NCBI GenBank assembly: GCA_050246315.1
Contig: JBFWWG010000006.1
Span: 1-64,000 of the forward strand
DNA from: Nitrospiraceae bacterium
GTDB lineage: Bacteria > Nitrospirota > Nitrospiria > Nitrospirales > Nitrospiraceae
Length of the DNA stretch: 64,000 bases
Direction: 5' to 3'
The position numbers and the translations under genes are program-made. The notes under the pieces are model-generated. The model made no database searches. It saw nothing but the letters and a program-made list of their open reading frames with translations, and was not told the DNA's origin. Each line of letters begins with the position of its first letter. Position 1 is the first letter of the stretch. Positions 1 to 10,044 of the stretch are shown here, one piece after another.

Positions 1-111
1 ACAAGACTTCGACCACGTTGCACCAACCCGTATCTCTCGTTTGGTATTTCTAACCCACAGAGTTCGGTATGCCAGTACTCGCCTCTGCATTTGAAAGAAC
101 AAGGAGTTCTC

Positions 112-789
112 ATGATGATGCGCTCAATGTTCAGGTTGATCATTCCACTCGTGCTGCTGATAGGGCCTCCCCACGCCCGTACGGAGGACGGACCGCAACC
201 CGTGCTAATTCAGAACACAGAAGGCACTTCATGTGCGGCGGATGCCAACGAGACCCCTCCGATCGCTCAAGAGACCGATGTGTGGTGTTGGGCCGCCAGC
301 GCACAGTCAGTGATGGCATTCCATAGGATGCAGGTCCAGCAATGCGAGATTGTCAATAAGACCTATGTCAGAGATGTCACAGCCCCCGATTTTTGTTGCG
401 TACGCCCAAATCGATCAGACATCAAATGCCAGAAGAACGGCTGGCCGCACGACGTATTCGACAAATTCGCCTTTGCGTGGAACTGGCAGGAGAGGGCACT
501 CCCGCAAGACCAGCTGAAACATCAGCTCTGTTCCAACGGACCGTTCGTTTATCTCATCTTTTACCCAGGTGGCGGCGGTCATTCCTTCGTCGTGAAACAT
601 TATGAGCCGATCGATGACCAAATGTATTTGTGGGTCCATGACCATTCCTATGATCTGGACCGGGAGGGGAACAGACGGCCCAGGGCATTCAAACTGATTT
701 CCTACGACCAGTTCGTCAATGGCCAGTATGGAAACAGTCAGTTCGAGCATGGATGGGATTACCTCGAAATCCATCCGCCAGCGCAATAG
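112..789 (+). CDS. Secreted papain-like cysteine protease (C39-like/AvrRpt2-like fold)
   Basis: AAGGAG RBS at 101-106 before ATG 112; hydrophobic signal peptide; QETDVWCWAAS (oxyanion Gln + catalytic Cys), GGHSFVV (His), WVHD. Confidence 0.7.
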   Translation: MMMRSMFRLIIPLVLLIGPPHARTEDGPQPVLIQNTEGTSCAADANETPPIAQETDVWCWAASAQSVMAFHRMQVQQCEIVNKTYVRDVTAPDFCCVRPNRSDIKCQKNGWPHDVFDKFAFAWNWQERALPQDQLKHQLCSNGPFVYLIFYPGGGGHSFVVKHYEPIDDQMYLWVHDHSYDLDREGNRRPRAFKLISYDQFVNGQYGNSQFEHGWDYLEIHPPAQ

Positions 790-798
790 GAGGTCCCC

Positions 799-1596
799 AT
801 GCGGGCTCTGCGGATTGCAACTGCCAGCGTCGTTCTCCTCCTAGGCCCCATCTTTTTATCGGGAACATCGGCCTCCAGTAACATTGAACAGCACCCCTCT
901 TCGCCGGATGAAACAGCCATCAGGAAGACGCTGAGCTGGCTTTACGAACGTTACAAGCAGTATCTAGCTGAAAAGAATGAAAAGCGCGCGGAGATGCTAG
1001 CAGAGCGCGTCAAGGGGCTCGGATTCGAGACAGTCCAAGAATTGCCTTCAATTGTCATCGGCCCAGGCTTTCCCGTCTTTGTCGTCCAACTCGATGAACT
1101 ACGGAAGTATCAGAAGGGAACGGACGCTTGGCATTTGCTGCATGAAACTCGCTTCACACTGTATCCCGTGATGGTTCCGGACAAGAACAACGATCTCCAG
1201 GTCCGTTCCGCTGCCAGAGTTGGACAAAACGCAAAGGGCAAGGACCCCATCGGTGAATGGGGTCATTTCTTCTTCGCGCAGCCGCTGACGATTTTCAGAG
1301 ACGAGCTTCAAAAAGCAAAGCAATGCCTGGGACCTTCTCAATGCTTCGTGATCGAAGTCCCGGCTTTAGGCGAATATCTGTTCGGTGTTCGCGACGACAA
1401 CGCTAAGACACTTCTGGTTGCGCGACTCGATCTAAATTCCAAACACCTTACCAGCAAGGAGCTTCGCGAGGCTGGGCAAGTGTTTCAAGAATTGTCTATC
1501 GAAGCGTCGAACCCAGGCTATGACCTGGATCGACATGACAAACCCACTGAGAAGCGACGACTCTTGCCGAACGATGCCGTCAGACAGGGTAGCTGA
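799..1596 (+). CDS. Secreted hypothetical protein, possible protease propeptide/inhibitor partner
   Basis: GGAGG RBS; N-terminal signal peptide; starts 9 bp after the protease gene. Confidence 0.6.
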   Translation: MRALRIATASVVLLLGPIFLSGTSASSNIEQHPSSPDETAIRKTLSWLYERYKQYLAEKNEKRAEMLAERVKGLGFETVQELPSIVIGPGFPVFVVQLDELRKYQKGTDAWHLLHETRFTLYPVMVPDKNNDLQVRSAARVGQNAKGKDPIGEWGHFFFAQPLTIFRDELQKAKQCLGPSQCFVIEVPALGEYLFGVRDDNAKTLLVARLDLNSKHLTSKELREAGQVFQELSIEASNPGYDLDRHDKPTEKRRLLPNDAVRQGS

Positions 1597-1628
1597 TGAA
1601 TTCGAGTCACTATGCAAAGGAGGAGAAC

Positions 1629-2030
1629 ATGCAGTCCATCTCCCATGCGATGAGAATGACACGTTACATGTCCTTACCGGTATTGTTGCTTGGCTTGATG
1701 CTTCAGGGCTGCACAATACCTCACAACCCGCCGGTCGACGTGAAGGTCACCACAGTCTGTACTCCAGGAGGAAAAGGGCAACCACAGGGACCCGGTGGGG
1801 GGGATGGAGTTGGGGGGTGCAGACCTAAGCCGCATGGAGGAGCATCCGCAGAGGGTTTCTGGGACGACATGGCGGGGACCTGGGTTCCTGAGGGTTCTGG
1901 CGCGGTGTGTACAAGCGGCACGGTCTGTAAGGCTTTATCAGGAACTTGTGCCGGAACAAGCTGCCTTGGTCATTTCAACGTTAACGGCACCCCCGGAAAC
2001 TGCTCCTGCGGCTGCCAACCCGGATTCTAA
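1629..2030 (+). CDS. Gly/Cys-rich lipoprotein
   Basis: AGGAGGAG RBS before ATG 1629; lipobox LQG-C; 9 further Cys, ends CSCGCQPGF. Confidence 0.7.
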   Translation: MQSISHAMRMTRYMSLPVLLLGLMLQGCTIPHNPPVDVKVTTVCTPGGKGQPQGPGGGDGVGGCRPKPHGGASAEGFWDDMAGTWVPEGSGAVCTSGTVCKALSGTCAGTSCLGHFNVNGTPGNCSCGCQPGF

Positions 2031-2050
2031 GAATGCAGGAAACCTGACTC

Positions 2051-5020
2051 ATGACGACTGTAAGGAGCTATGCCTTCTACGTTCTTGCGTTGCTGTTGGC
2101 GGCAGACGATGCTTCCGCACAAGTGGCTCCGATTACTTCCTCCGGACTCGGTACCCAAGTCAGCGGGCCGATCGTGGGACCCGGAGGCACGACACAGTTC
2201 AACATCACCGGTGGAATGAGGCCGGGGAACGGACCGAATCTGTTTCAGAGTTTCGGCAATTTCAGTGTGCCTACCAACAATATCGCCAACTTTCTGAACG
2301 ACGCCGCGCTGCCGACCACCAACATTCTCGGCCGGGTGACCGGAGGGAATGTCTCCTCGATCTTCGGGACGATCCAAACCACCAATTTCGGCAACGCGAA
2401 CCTCTTCCTGATGAACCCGGCAGGGTTTCTCTTCGGCCCGACCGCGACTCTCAACGTCGGCGGCATGGTCACCTTCACCAGCGCCGACTATCTGCGATTC
2501 GCGGACAATGCAAGATTCAATGCGTCGCCACACATGGACGCCGGTACGCTCTTGAGCACCGCGCCAGTCGCGGCGTTCGGCTTCCTCGGAACGAACCCCG
2601 GCGCCATTACCGTACAAGGCAGCCAACTGATGGTCACGCCTGGACAGACGATTTCGCTTGTCGGTGGAGACATCACCGTCGAAGGAGCCACCATTGCTCC
2701 CAACAATATCCAATCTGCTCGCCTCACCGCTCCTGGCGGTCAGATCAATCTGGCCAGCGTGGCGTCACCCGGGGAAATTCCCGTTTCCAATTTCCAGATT
2801 GCTCCAACAATGACCGGTGGAGCCATCACACTAGCCCAAGGCTCCCTGCTCGACGTGAGTGCCAACGCAGCCGGTACGGTGCGCATCCGCGGCGGAGAAT
2901 TGGTGATGGACAACGCAACCATTTCGGCGGATACCGTGAATGCGAACGGCGCCCCGACGGCAGTGGACATTCAACTGACGGGCGATCTGTCGATTACGGC
3001 TGAACTGAAGCCGGCCATCACGGCCAGAACGAGCGGGACCGGCGATGCAGGCGAGATTCGGATCGTCTCCGAGAATATGAGCATAACGGGAATCAACGAG
3101 GATGTCCTGAGCGTCATCGACTCCCAGACATCAGGCTCCGGGAAAGGTGGGAATGTCAACATCACGACCGGTAATCTGGAGATGGTCGGCGACCCTGTGG
3201 GCATTGTGTGGTCAATCAACAGCGGCACGACCAATGAGGGGCGCGGTGGAGATGTCACGATCGCAGCCAAGAACATCACGATGGAGGACACCTACATCGT
3301 TACGGGAGATGCAAACTTCGATGGTGCATCCGGCTCGTCCGGAAATATCAGCATTTCCACCGACAGCCTCCAGATGGTGTTCTCGAGCATCGAGACGACC
3401 ACGACCGAGGGAGGCAGTGGCGCGATCTCCCTCGCCGCTGAAAGCATTCAATTGGAGACTAGTTCCATTAGTGCAACCAGCGCCGAAAGCCAAGGCGGGG
3501 CGATCACGATCACAGGCGACCGGGTCGTCTTGGCCGATGAGAGCTCTATCGAGAGCATCACCGGAGACCTTCAGGGCGGCGATATTACTGTGAACGGCAA
3601 GGTCGTCGAAGTGAACGGAGGCAGCACCATTTTCTCCAACACCATCGGCGACGGAGACGCCGGAACCATCCGTATCTCCGCAAAGGACCGTGTCAGTCTT
3701 ATCGGCACGTCCGGGACGGCAGCCAACGGCATCTTCACCGTTTCCGGCGTCGCTGGTGTGGTCACCGGCCTTCTCGGCGGGTCCGGCCAGGCCGGCGACG
3801 TGGTCATCGTCACTCCCAAGTTGGAAATGACGGGCGGGTCGATGATCAATACGGCCACCCTCACAAGCGGCCGCGGCGGCGACGTCACGATCCAGGCCGG
3901 TACCCTGTCGATGTCGGGACAGCTCCTTCGGCCGAATCAGGCGGCCATTTCCGCTGGCGGAAATCAGGTGGCCGGGGGGATCTTCACGTCCACGGTCGGA
4001 ACCAATCTGTGTTCCGGACTCTGCGGCGACGCCGGAGGTGTGTCGATCACCACGGGAACGCTCAGTCTGACCGATGGATCTCGCATCAACAGCGGCACGA
4101 GCAGCACCGGCCGCGGGGGAGAGATCGCCATCTCAGCTCAGGACAGCATTTCGCTATCCGGTCGGTTACGTGACGGAAGTCCCGTGGCGATCATTAGCAC
4201 CTCTGTCGGAACGGCGCCCAATTCCGGCGCAGGCGGCGACATCAGCCTCACCGCCGGACAGTCGTTCACCTTGACTAACGGCGCAAGCGTCGCCGCCAGC
4301 AGCACCGGTCCCGGCAACGCCGGGAATATCACGATCAACGCGGGCGGGACCTTCACGAGCACGAACAGCTCGGTCACGACCCAGGCGACGCAGGCCAGCG
4401 GCGGGAACATCACGGTCCTCGCGACGGACATGGTGCAGCTCACCAACAGCCAGCTCAATGCCTCCGTGCAGGGTTCAGAGACCACGGTCGGCGGCAACAT
4501 CGTGATCGACCCGCAATCCGTGATCCTGCAAAACAGCCAGATCGTCGCCACTGCGACCCAGGGACAGGGCGGCAATATCTCCATCACGACCCAGTCGTTC
4601 CTCGCGGACGCCACGAGCGTCATCGACGCCTCGTCCCAGTTCGGCATCAACGGGACCGTGAACATCCAATCGCCGACCGCCCAAATGGCTGGCCGCCTGG
4701 TGGCCTTGCCGGCCAATCCGCTGATCCTGACGTCGTTGTTCAGCCAGCGCTGCGCCGCCCTGACGGGCGGCCAGTTCAGCAGTTTCATCGTGGCGGGGCG
4801 ATACGGGATGCCTCCGGAGCCGGGAGGCTGGCTGGCGAGCCCCTTTGTGTCCGACGGACCCGGCGCGGCAATTTCGGCGCAGGAGGGAGCCCCATCGTTT
4901 ACCGGAGATATCATGGGCTCTCGCTCCGAACCGGACACGTTTTCGATCCGACGATGGCCGGACTCCGGCACCACAGCCCTGAATGCCTTGCCTGACTGGA
5001 CAGCAGGCTGCGGCTCATGA
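2051..5020 (+). CDS. Filamentous haemagglutinin-family TpsA exoprotein (copy 1)
   Basis: Signal peptide; TPS domain motifs NLFQSFGNFSV, NLFLMNPAG; G/N/I/T-rich beta-helix repeats; C-terminal ASSQFG...PPEPGGWL. Confidence 0.9.
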   Translation: MTTVRSYAFYVLALLLAADDASAQVAPITSSGLGTQVSGPIVGPGGTTQFNITGGMRPGNGPNLFQSFGNFSVPTNNIANFLNDAALPTTNILGRVTGGNVSSIFGTIQTTNFGNANLFLMNPAGFLFGPTATLNVGGMVTFTSADYLRFADNARFNASPHMDAGTLLSTAPVAAFGFLGTNPGAITVQGSQLMVTPGQTISLVGGDITVEGATIAPNNIQSARLTAPGGQINLASVASPGEIPVSNFQIAPTMTGGAITLAQGSLLDVSANAAGTVRIRGGELVMDNATISADTVNANGAPTAVDIQLTGDLSITAELKPAITARTSGTGDAGEIRIVSENMSITGINEDVLSVIDSQTSGSGKGGNVNITTGNLEMVGDPVGIVWSINSGTTNEGRGGDVTIAAKNITMEDTYIVTGDANFDGASGSSGNISISTDSLQMVFSSIETTTTEGGSGAISLAAESIQLETSSISATSAESQGGAITITGDRVVLADESSIESITGDLQGGDITVNGKVVEVNGGSTIFSNTIGDGDAGTIRISAKDRVSLIGTSGTAANGIFTVSGVAGVVTGLLGGSGQAGDVVIVTPKLEMTGGSMINTATLTSGRGGDVTIQAGTLSMSGQLLRPNQAAISAGGNQVAGGIFTSTVGTNLCSGLCGDAGGVSITTGTLSLTDGSRINSGTSSTGRGGEIAISAQDSISLSGRLRDGSPVAIISTSVGTAPNSGAGGDISLTAGQSFTLTNGASVAASSTGPGNAGNITINAGGTFTSTNSSVTTQATQASGGNITVLATDMVQLTNSQLNASVQGSETTVGGNIVIDPQSVILQNSQIVATATQGQGGNISITTQSFLADATSVIDASSQFGINGTVNIQSPTAQMAGRLVALPANPLILTSLFSQRCAALTGGQFSSFIVAGRYGMPPEPGGWLASPFVSDGPGAAISAQEGAPSFTGDIMGSRSEPDTFSIRRWPDSGTTALNALPDWTAGCGS

Positions 5021-6825
5021 CCCATCGCGCTGGGGAACCGGCGCTCGGTGGGGCGGCTCGATGTCCACGCTATCGGTTCACCCTGTTGACCTTGCTGATG
5101 ATCGCGCTTGCAACAGAGTCGTGGGTCCATGGGCAGGCCATCCCGCCTCCCATTTTCGACCCGACCGGCCGCAGCGGCGAGCCGCCCGGACCATTGAAAA
5201 AGGAGTTTCAGCGGCCGGTCCCGCCGCCGAGCCCGGTGCTCCCGCCCCTGCCGCCGCTCACACCGGAAGAGCCGGAGAAGGCGCCGCTCGGCCGAGTGAA
5301 GGTCTTTGTCCGAGACATCCAGGTGACCGGCAACCGCGTCCTCTCCGAGGCAGAATTGGCCGAAGTCACAGCCCCGTTCAAGAACCGCACGCTCACGACC
5401 GAGGACTTGGAACGGCTCCGCCTGGCGCTGACACTGCATTACGTCAACAAGGGGTACCTGACTTCCGGGGCGATCATTCCCGACCAGGATGTGAAGGACG
5501 GCGTCATCATGGTCCAGGTCATCGAAGGCAAGCTGACGCGCATCAACATTGAGGGCAATGAATGGTTCAGGTCCGGCTACCTGCGAGACCGGTTGGAGTT
5601 GGGAGTGACCACCCCGGTCACGCTGCCGCCCTTGCAGAAGCGGCTGCAATTGCTGCAACAGGATCGCCGGATCGAGCGCATCAACGCCGAGCTGCGTCCG
5701 GGCGAGGCCTTGGGCGAGAGCGAGCTGAACGTGCGCGTCGTCGATCGCAATCCGTTCCACGCGAACCTGCAAGTCGATAACTACCAGACCCCGCTCGTGG
5801 GCGAGATCCGCGGCCTTGCCACGCTGGCCGACGACAACCTGACCGGAAACGGCGACGTGCTCAGCCTCACCTACGGCCAGTCGGCCGGCGCGAAACCGAT
5901 CATCGACGCCTCCTACGCGATCCCGTTCAATCGTTACGACACGACCTTCTCCGCCAACTATCGCCGGAACGACTATACCCTCGTCGAAGACCCCTTTGAG
6001 CCGCTCGACATCAAGACCACCACGGAGATCATCGGGTTCGGCCTGCGGCAGCCGATCTACAAAACCGTGACGGACGAAGTCGCGTTCTCGATTCTCGGCG
6101 AGCACTTGTTCACGCAGAGTTTTCTCTTCGGCACCACGCCGATCGACCTCTTCCCGGGGTTTCAAAACGGCGCCGCCACGGTGATGGCGCTCCGCTTCGT
6201 GCAGGAATGGACCCATCGCACGGTGGATACGGTCGTAGCGATGCGGTCGCGGTTCAGCGTGGGGATCAATGCGCTCGGCGCCACGATCAATGCCGACGAC
6301 GATCTGCCGGACGGGCAATTCTTGTCCTGGCTGGGCCAGGCTCAAGCGATCAAGCAACTCGGCAAAAACTGGCTGGACATGCAACTGCTGGGACGCATGG
6401 ATCTACAAGTCACTAACTCGCCGCTGTTCCCGCTCGAACAGGTCCCCATCGGCGGCAGGTACAGCGTGCGCGGCTATCGCGAGGTGACGCTGCTCCGCGA
6501 CAACGCCTTTCTCGCCTCCTTCGAAAGCCGCGTGCCGATCTGGCGCTGGGCCAGCGGCGAGCCGATGTTCCAACTCGCCCCATTCGTCGACGTCGGGCAT
6601 GGATGGAACCTGGGAGTAAACAACCGCCCCTTCACGACCACTCCCAACGTCAACCGGCCGGACACGCTCGCGAGCGTGGGCATCGGCCTGCGGTGGAATA
6701 TCCTGCCGAAGGAGCGTGCGAGTTTCGAGATCTACTGGGGCCAGATGCTGAATCACATCGATCGGGTGGGCAATACGTTGCAGGATTATGGTATCCACCT
6801 CGGCCTCTTCGTAAATGTGTTTTGA
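5017..6825 (+). CDS. ShlB/FhaC/HecB-family TpsB outer-membrane transporter
   Basis: POTRA motifs (YVNKGYLTSGA, VIEGKL), barrel loop IGGRYSVRGY, C-terminal Phe; ATGA overlap with tpsA. Confidence 0.92.
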   Translation: MTHRAGEPALGGAARCPRYRFTLLTLLMIALATESWVHGQAIPPPIFDPTGRSGEPPGPLKKEFQRPVPPPSPVLPPLPPLTPEEPEKAPLGRVKVFVRDIQVTGNRVLSEAELAEVTAPFKNRTLTTEDLERLRLALTLHYVNKGYLTSGAIIPDQDVKDGVIMVQVIEGKLTRINIEGNEWFRSGYLRDRLELGVTTPVTLPPLQKRLQLLQQDRRIERINAELRPGEALGESELNVRVVDRNPFHANLQVDNYQTPLVGEIRGLATLADDNLTGNGDVLSLTYGQSAGAKPIIDASYAIPFNRYDTTFSANYRRNDYTLVEDPFEPLDIKTTTEIIGFGLRQPIYKTVTDEVAFSILGEHLFTQSFLFGTTPIDLFPGFQNGAATVMALRFVQEWTHRTVDTVVAMRSRFSVGINALGATINADDDLPDGQFLSWLGQAQAIKQLGKNWLDMQLLGRMDLQVTNSPLFPLEQVPIGGRYSVRGYREVTLLRDNAFLASFESRVPIWRWASGEPMFQLAPFVDVGHGWNLGVNNRPFTTTPNVNRPDTLASVGIGLRWNILPKERASFEIYWGQMLNHIDRVGNTLQDYGIHLGLFVNVF

Positions 6826-6838
6826 GTGGCTTCTTGCC

Positions 6839-9223
6839 ATGAGCGCGTCACCCAACAGCGTGCGCTCCTCAACGCCGATGCCGTGCGGACCGCGGGCCGC
6901 CGTCTTGTCGCTCGGCCTGTTGTGTCTCGTCGGGATCGTCGGCCTGTTCCGTCTCGTCGGATGGACGGCGACCGCAGCCGACGCGGCGAGCGATGCACCC
7001 TCGATGCAAACGCATCCGGACTCTCTCATGCAGCAGGGGACCTCGGCCTACGAGCGAGGCTCCTTCGAGCAGGCCTTGAATCTGTGGAGGGAAGCGGCCC
7101 AACGTTACGAGGAGGCTGCCGACCCGAAAGGCTATAGTCGCGCCTTAGTCCAGGCAGCCCAGGCTGCGCAGGCGCTCGGTCATGCCAAGCTGGCCCTTCA
7201 GCAACTTGACCTGGCCTTCGCCTTGGCGCAACAGGTCGGTCAGCCGGCCTGGACCGCCCAGATCTTGGATCGGTTGGGCCGTGCCTATCTCTCGACGCGC
7301 CAATTCGACGCCTCCACCCAGTTTCTCAACCAGGCGCTGGATGTCGCCCGGACTGTCGGAGATCCGGGACTGACCGCCGACGTCCTCAACGACCTCGGTA
7401 TCCTTCGCTCACTGGAAGGCCGCTACGAAGATGCCCTGGCCTGCTATCGAGAAAGCTTGTCGATGGCATTGGCGGCGGGCCAGACCCCGTTGGCCATACG
7501 CGTCCGGCTCAACGCCGCTCGCACCGCACTCCGCTTGGATCGACGCCACGAGGCGCAGACTTGGTTGGATGAGGCTTCGCAGGGCATCGCGGCCCTGCCG
7601 CCATCCTACGACAAGACCTCCGGCCTCATCTCGTTGGGAACGGCTCTCATGGAGGCCGGTCGAACCGGATCGGATAAACGAGGCGAGTTGCTGTTACGCG
7701 CGGCCGGTTCGTTCCAGGAGGCGGCGGCCACAGCCGAGCAGCAAGGCGACGGGCGGACCGCTTCCTATGCCTGGGGTTATCTCGGGCGGCTGTATGAGAC
7801 GGAGCACCGGTACGAGGAAGCCGCCCGCCTCACGAGGCGGGCGGTCTTCTCGGCGCAGGCCGTCAACGCGCCCGAATCCCTGTACCGCTGGCAGTGGCAG
7901 TCGGGCCGCATCCTCGCCTCGCTCAACCAATTGGACGAGGCGCTAACGTCGTATCGCAGTGCGGTCCATACGCTCGAGCCAATCCGTCCCGAGGTGACCC
8001 TGTCCTTGGAGCATGCCGGGTTCGGCGGCTCCGATTCGGTGCGCCCGCTCTACGTCGAATATGCCGATCTGCTACTGCACCGAGCCGCACGGATGGATGA
8101 GGGACCCGCCGAACAGGGGTACCTCAAGGCGGCGCGGGATGCGGTCGAGGCCTCGAAGGCGGTGGAGTTGCGGGACTATTTCCGAGACGAATGCGTCGAC
8201 GCCCTGCATGCGCAGAAACAGGTCGAATCGGTCTCCGCCACCACTGCGGTGCTCTACCCGATCGTGTTCGACGATCGACTGGAACTGCTGGTCGGCCTGC
8301 AGGGAAAATTGAAGCGGCTCACCGTCGAGGTGACAGCCTCCTCCCTGGCCGAGGAAGTCCGCCACCTGCGGCAGATGCTGGAAAAACGCAGTTCCCGCGA
8401 ATATCTCCCCCACGCTCAACGATTGTACGGCTGGCTCGTCCGTCCGTTTGAGACGGATTTTGCGACCGCCGGGATCGACACGCTCGTCGTCGTGCCGGAC
8501 GGACCGCTTCGCACGATTCCAATCGCCGCACTGCACGACGGCGGGCAGTTCCTGGTCCATCGGTATGCGATCGCCACCACTCCGGGGCTGTACCTGACGG
8601 ACCCTCAGCCCTTCGCCCGTGAGCGAGTGCGCCTGTTGGCCAGTGGGCTCACGGAAGCGACTCAGGGCTTTCCGCCGCTCCCGCATGTGGCGGGGGAACT
8701 CACGACGCTTCGCTCCCTCTACGGGGGCGATCAGTTGCTGAACCAGACGTTCCTGACGGGGAAGCTCGAAGAGGAACTCAAGGATCGGCCGATCTCCGTC
8801 CTCCACATTGCTTCACACGGCCGTTTCGAAAAGGACGTGGCCCATTCGTTCGTCCTGACCTACGACGATAAGCTGACGATGGAGCGGCTCGACCAATACG
8901 TGGGACTCTTCAAATTTCGACGGGACCCGCTTGAACTGCTGACGCTCAGCGCCTGTGAGACGGCCGCGGGCGACAACCGCGCCGCGCTCGGTTTGGCCGG
9001 CGTGGCCATCAAGGCCGGCGCCCGAAGCGCCCTGGCCACCTTGTGGTCGATCAACGATGCCGCCTCATCGAAGCTGGTCGGCGAATTCTACCGGCAATTG
9101 AGCAACGCCGGCGTGTCCAAGGCGATGGCCCTGCAACGAGCCCAGATCGCCATGATGACCGAATCCGGCTATGAACATCCGGCCTATTGGTCGGCATTCC
9201 TATTACTGAATAACTGGTTATGA
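6839..9223 (+). CDS. TPR-CHAT domain (caspase/HetF-like) protease with N-terminal signal/TM segment
   Basis: TPR repeats; CHAT motifs VPDGPL, LHIASHG (His), LTLSACETA (Cys), ATLWSIND, HPAYWSAF; start uncertain (6815/6839/6878). Confidence 0.9.
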   Translation: MSASPNSVRSSTPMPCGPRAAVLSLGLLCLVGIVGLFRLVGWTATAADAASDAPSMQTHPDSLMQQGTSAYERGSFEQALNLWREAAQRYEEAADPKGYSRALVQAAQAAQALGHAKLALQQLDLAFALAQQVGQPAWTAQILDRLGRAYLSTRQFDASTQFLNQALDVARTVGDPGLTADVLNDLGILRSLEGRYEDALACYRESLSMALAAGQTPLAIRVRLNAARTALRLDRRHEAQTWLDEASQGIAALPPSYDKTSGLISLGTALMEAGRTGSDKRGELLLRAAGSFQEAAATAEQQGDGRTASYAWGYLGRLYETEHRYEEAARLTRRAVFSAQAVNAPESLYRWQWQSGRILASLNQLDEALTSYRSAVHTLEPIRPEVTLSLEHAGFGGSDSVRPLYVEYADLLLHRAARMDEGPAEQGYLKAARDAVEASKAVELRDYFRDECVDALHAQKQVESVSATTAVLYPIVFDDRLELLVGLQGKLKRLTVEVTASSLAEEVRHLRQMLEKRSSREYLPHAQRLYGWLVRPFETDFATAGIDTLVVVPDGPLRTIPIAALHDGGQFLVHRYAIATTPGLYLTDPQPFARERVRLLASGLTEATQGFPPLPHVAGELTTLRSLYGGDQLLNQTFLTGKLEEELKDRPISVLHIASHGRFEKDVAHSFVLTYDDKLTMERLDQYVGLFKFRRDPLELLTLSACETAAGDNRAALGLAGVAIKAGARSALATLWSINDAASSKLVGEFYRQLSNAGVSKAMALQRAQIAMMTESGYEHPAYWSAFLLLNNWL

Positions 9224-10044
9224 TGTCAGACAGCGAAACACGGCAGCATCGGCCTTCGGATCGGTCGAGCAGGCAGCCGCTCGCGCGGGTCCGGCGTCCC
9301 GTCACAGGGCTGCTCCTGATTCTGTTACTCGGGGTCATGGGCGGCGGCGCAGGTCAGGCCCAGCCGGTCGAGTCTCCGACCTCTGAGGGGCGCCTAACCA
9401 GGCCGATACCCATTGAGCCCACGATGCCGGTGTATAAGCCGCGCGTGCGCGGACCATCGCGCGGCCGGGTGGATGGAGGCTTCCGAGGCGGACAGGAAGG
9501 GGAACCGATTCTCAAGGTGCTGGCTCCGGCGGACCACGTGGGGGAAACCGTCAAGAAACGGCCCGCACTCTATTGGTTCCTGTCTTCGCCGACGCCGTAT
9601 CCCATCGTGTTTACGCTGGAGGACACCAACCAATACAAGCCCGTCGTGGAACGGACGCTTCCGTCGCCCAGCGGAACCGGCATTCAAATGATTCGGCTCG
9701 CCGATTTTGAACAGGTACTGGAAGAGCAGGTTCAATACCGTTGGCATATCTCCGTGGTCGTCGATCCGGAGTCGCGCTCGAAGGATATTCATGCCATGGG
9801 CATCATCGAACGGCGGCCGTATACGGAGGATCTGTTCCTGAATACCACGTGCAAGGACCCGCGCGACGCAATCTGTCTGTACGCAGACGCCGGACTCTGG
9901 TATGACGCGATTATCGTGATCTCCGATCTGATCATGGCTCACCCCAAGGACCGGGTGTTGCGGCTGCAACGCGCCGCGCTGCTGGAGCAAATCGGGCTGT
10001 CCGACGTCGCCGAGTTCGACCGTCACGCGAATCCGTCACCATGA
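9220..10044 (+). CDS. DUF928 domain protein (exported), copy 1
   Basis: Signal peptide; RVDGGFRG motif; LYWFLS, YRWHISV, YADAGLWYDA, LLEQIGL. Confidence 0.8.
   Translation: MMSDSETRQHRPSDRSSRQPLARVRRPVTGLLLILLLGVMGGGAGQAQPVESPTSEGRLTRPIPIEPTMPVYKPRVRGPSRGRVDGGFRGGQEGEPILKVLAPADHVGETVKKRPALYWFLSSPTPYPIVFTLEDTNQYKPVVERTLPSPSGTGIQMIRLADFEQVLEEQVQYRWHISVVVDPESRSKDIHAMGIIERRPYTEDLFLNTTCKDPRDAICLYADAGLWYDAIIVISDLIMAHPKDRVLRLQRAALLEQIGLSDVAEFDRHANPSP

Noticed and set aside
1795..3003. 402-aa + strand Arg-rich ORF
   Set aside because: Alternative frame overlapping the lipoprotein and tpsA; composition typical of an off-frame GC-rich read
4138..6384. 748-aa reverse-strand ORF, and similar long antisense ORFs (12725-14068, 23987-25747, 33895-34932, 35350-36459)
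   Set aside because: Shadow ORFs opposite well-supported genes in GC-rich DNA; no recognisable motifs
6839..9223. TPR-CHAT as a CRISPR-associated Craspase (Csx29) or anti-phage caspase
   Set aside because: No cas genes or array nearby; the protein appears exported and sits in a TPS/DUF928 context
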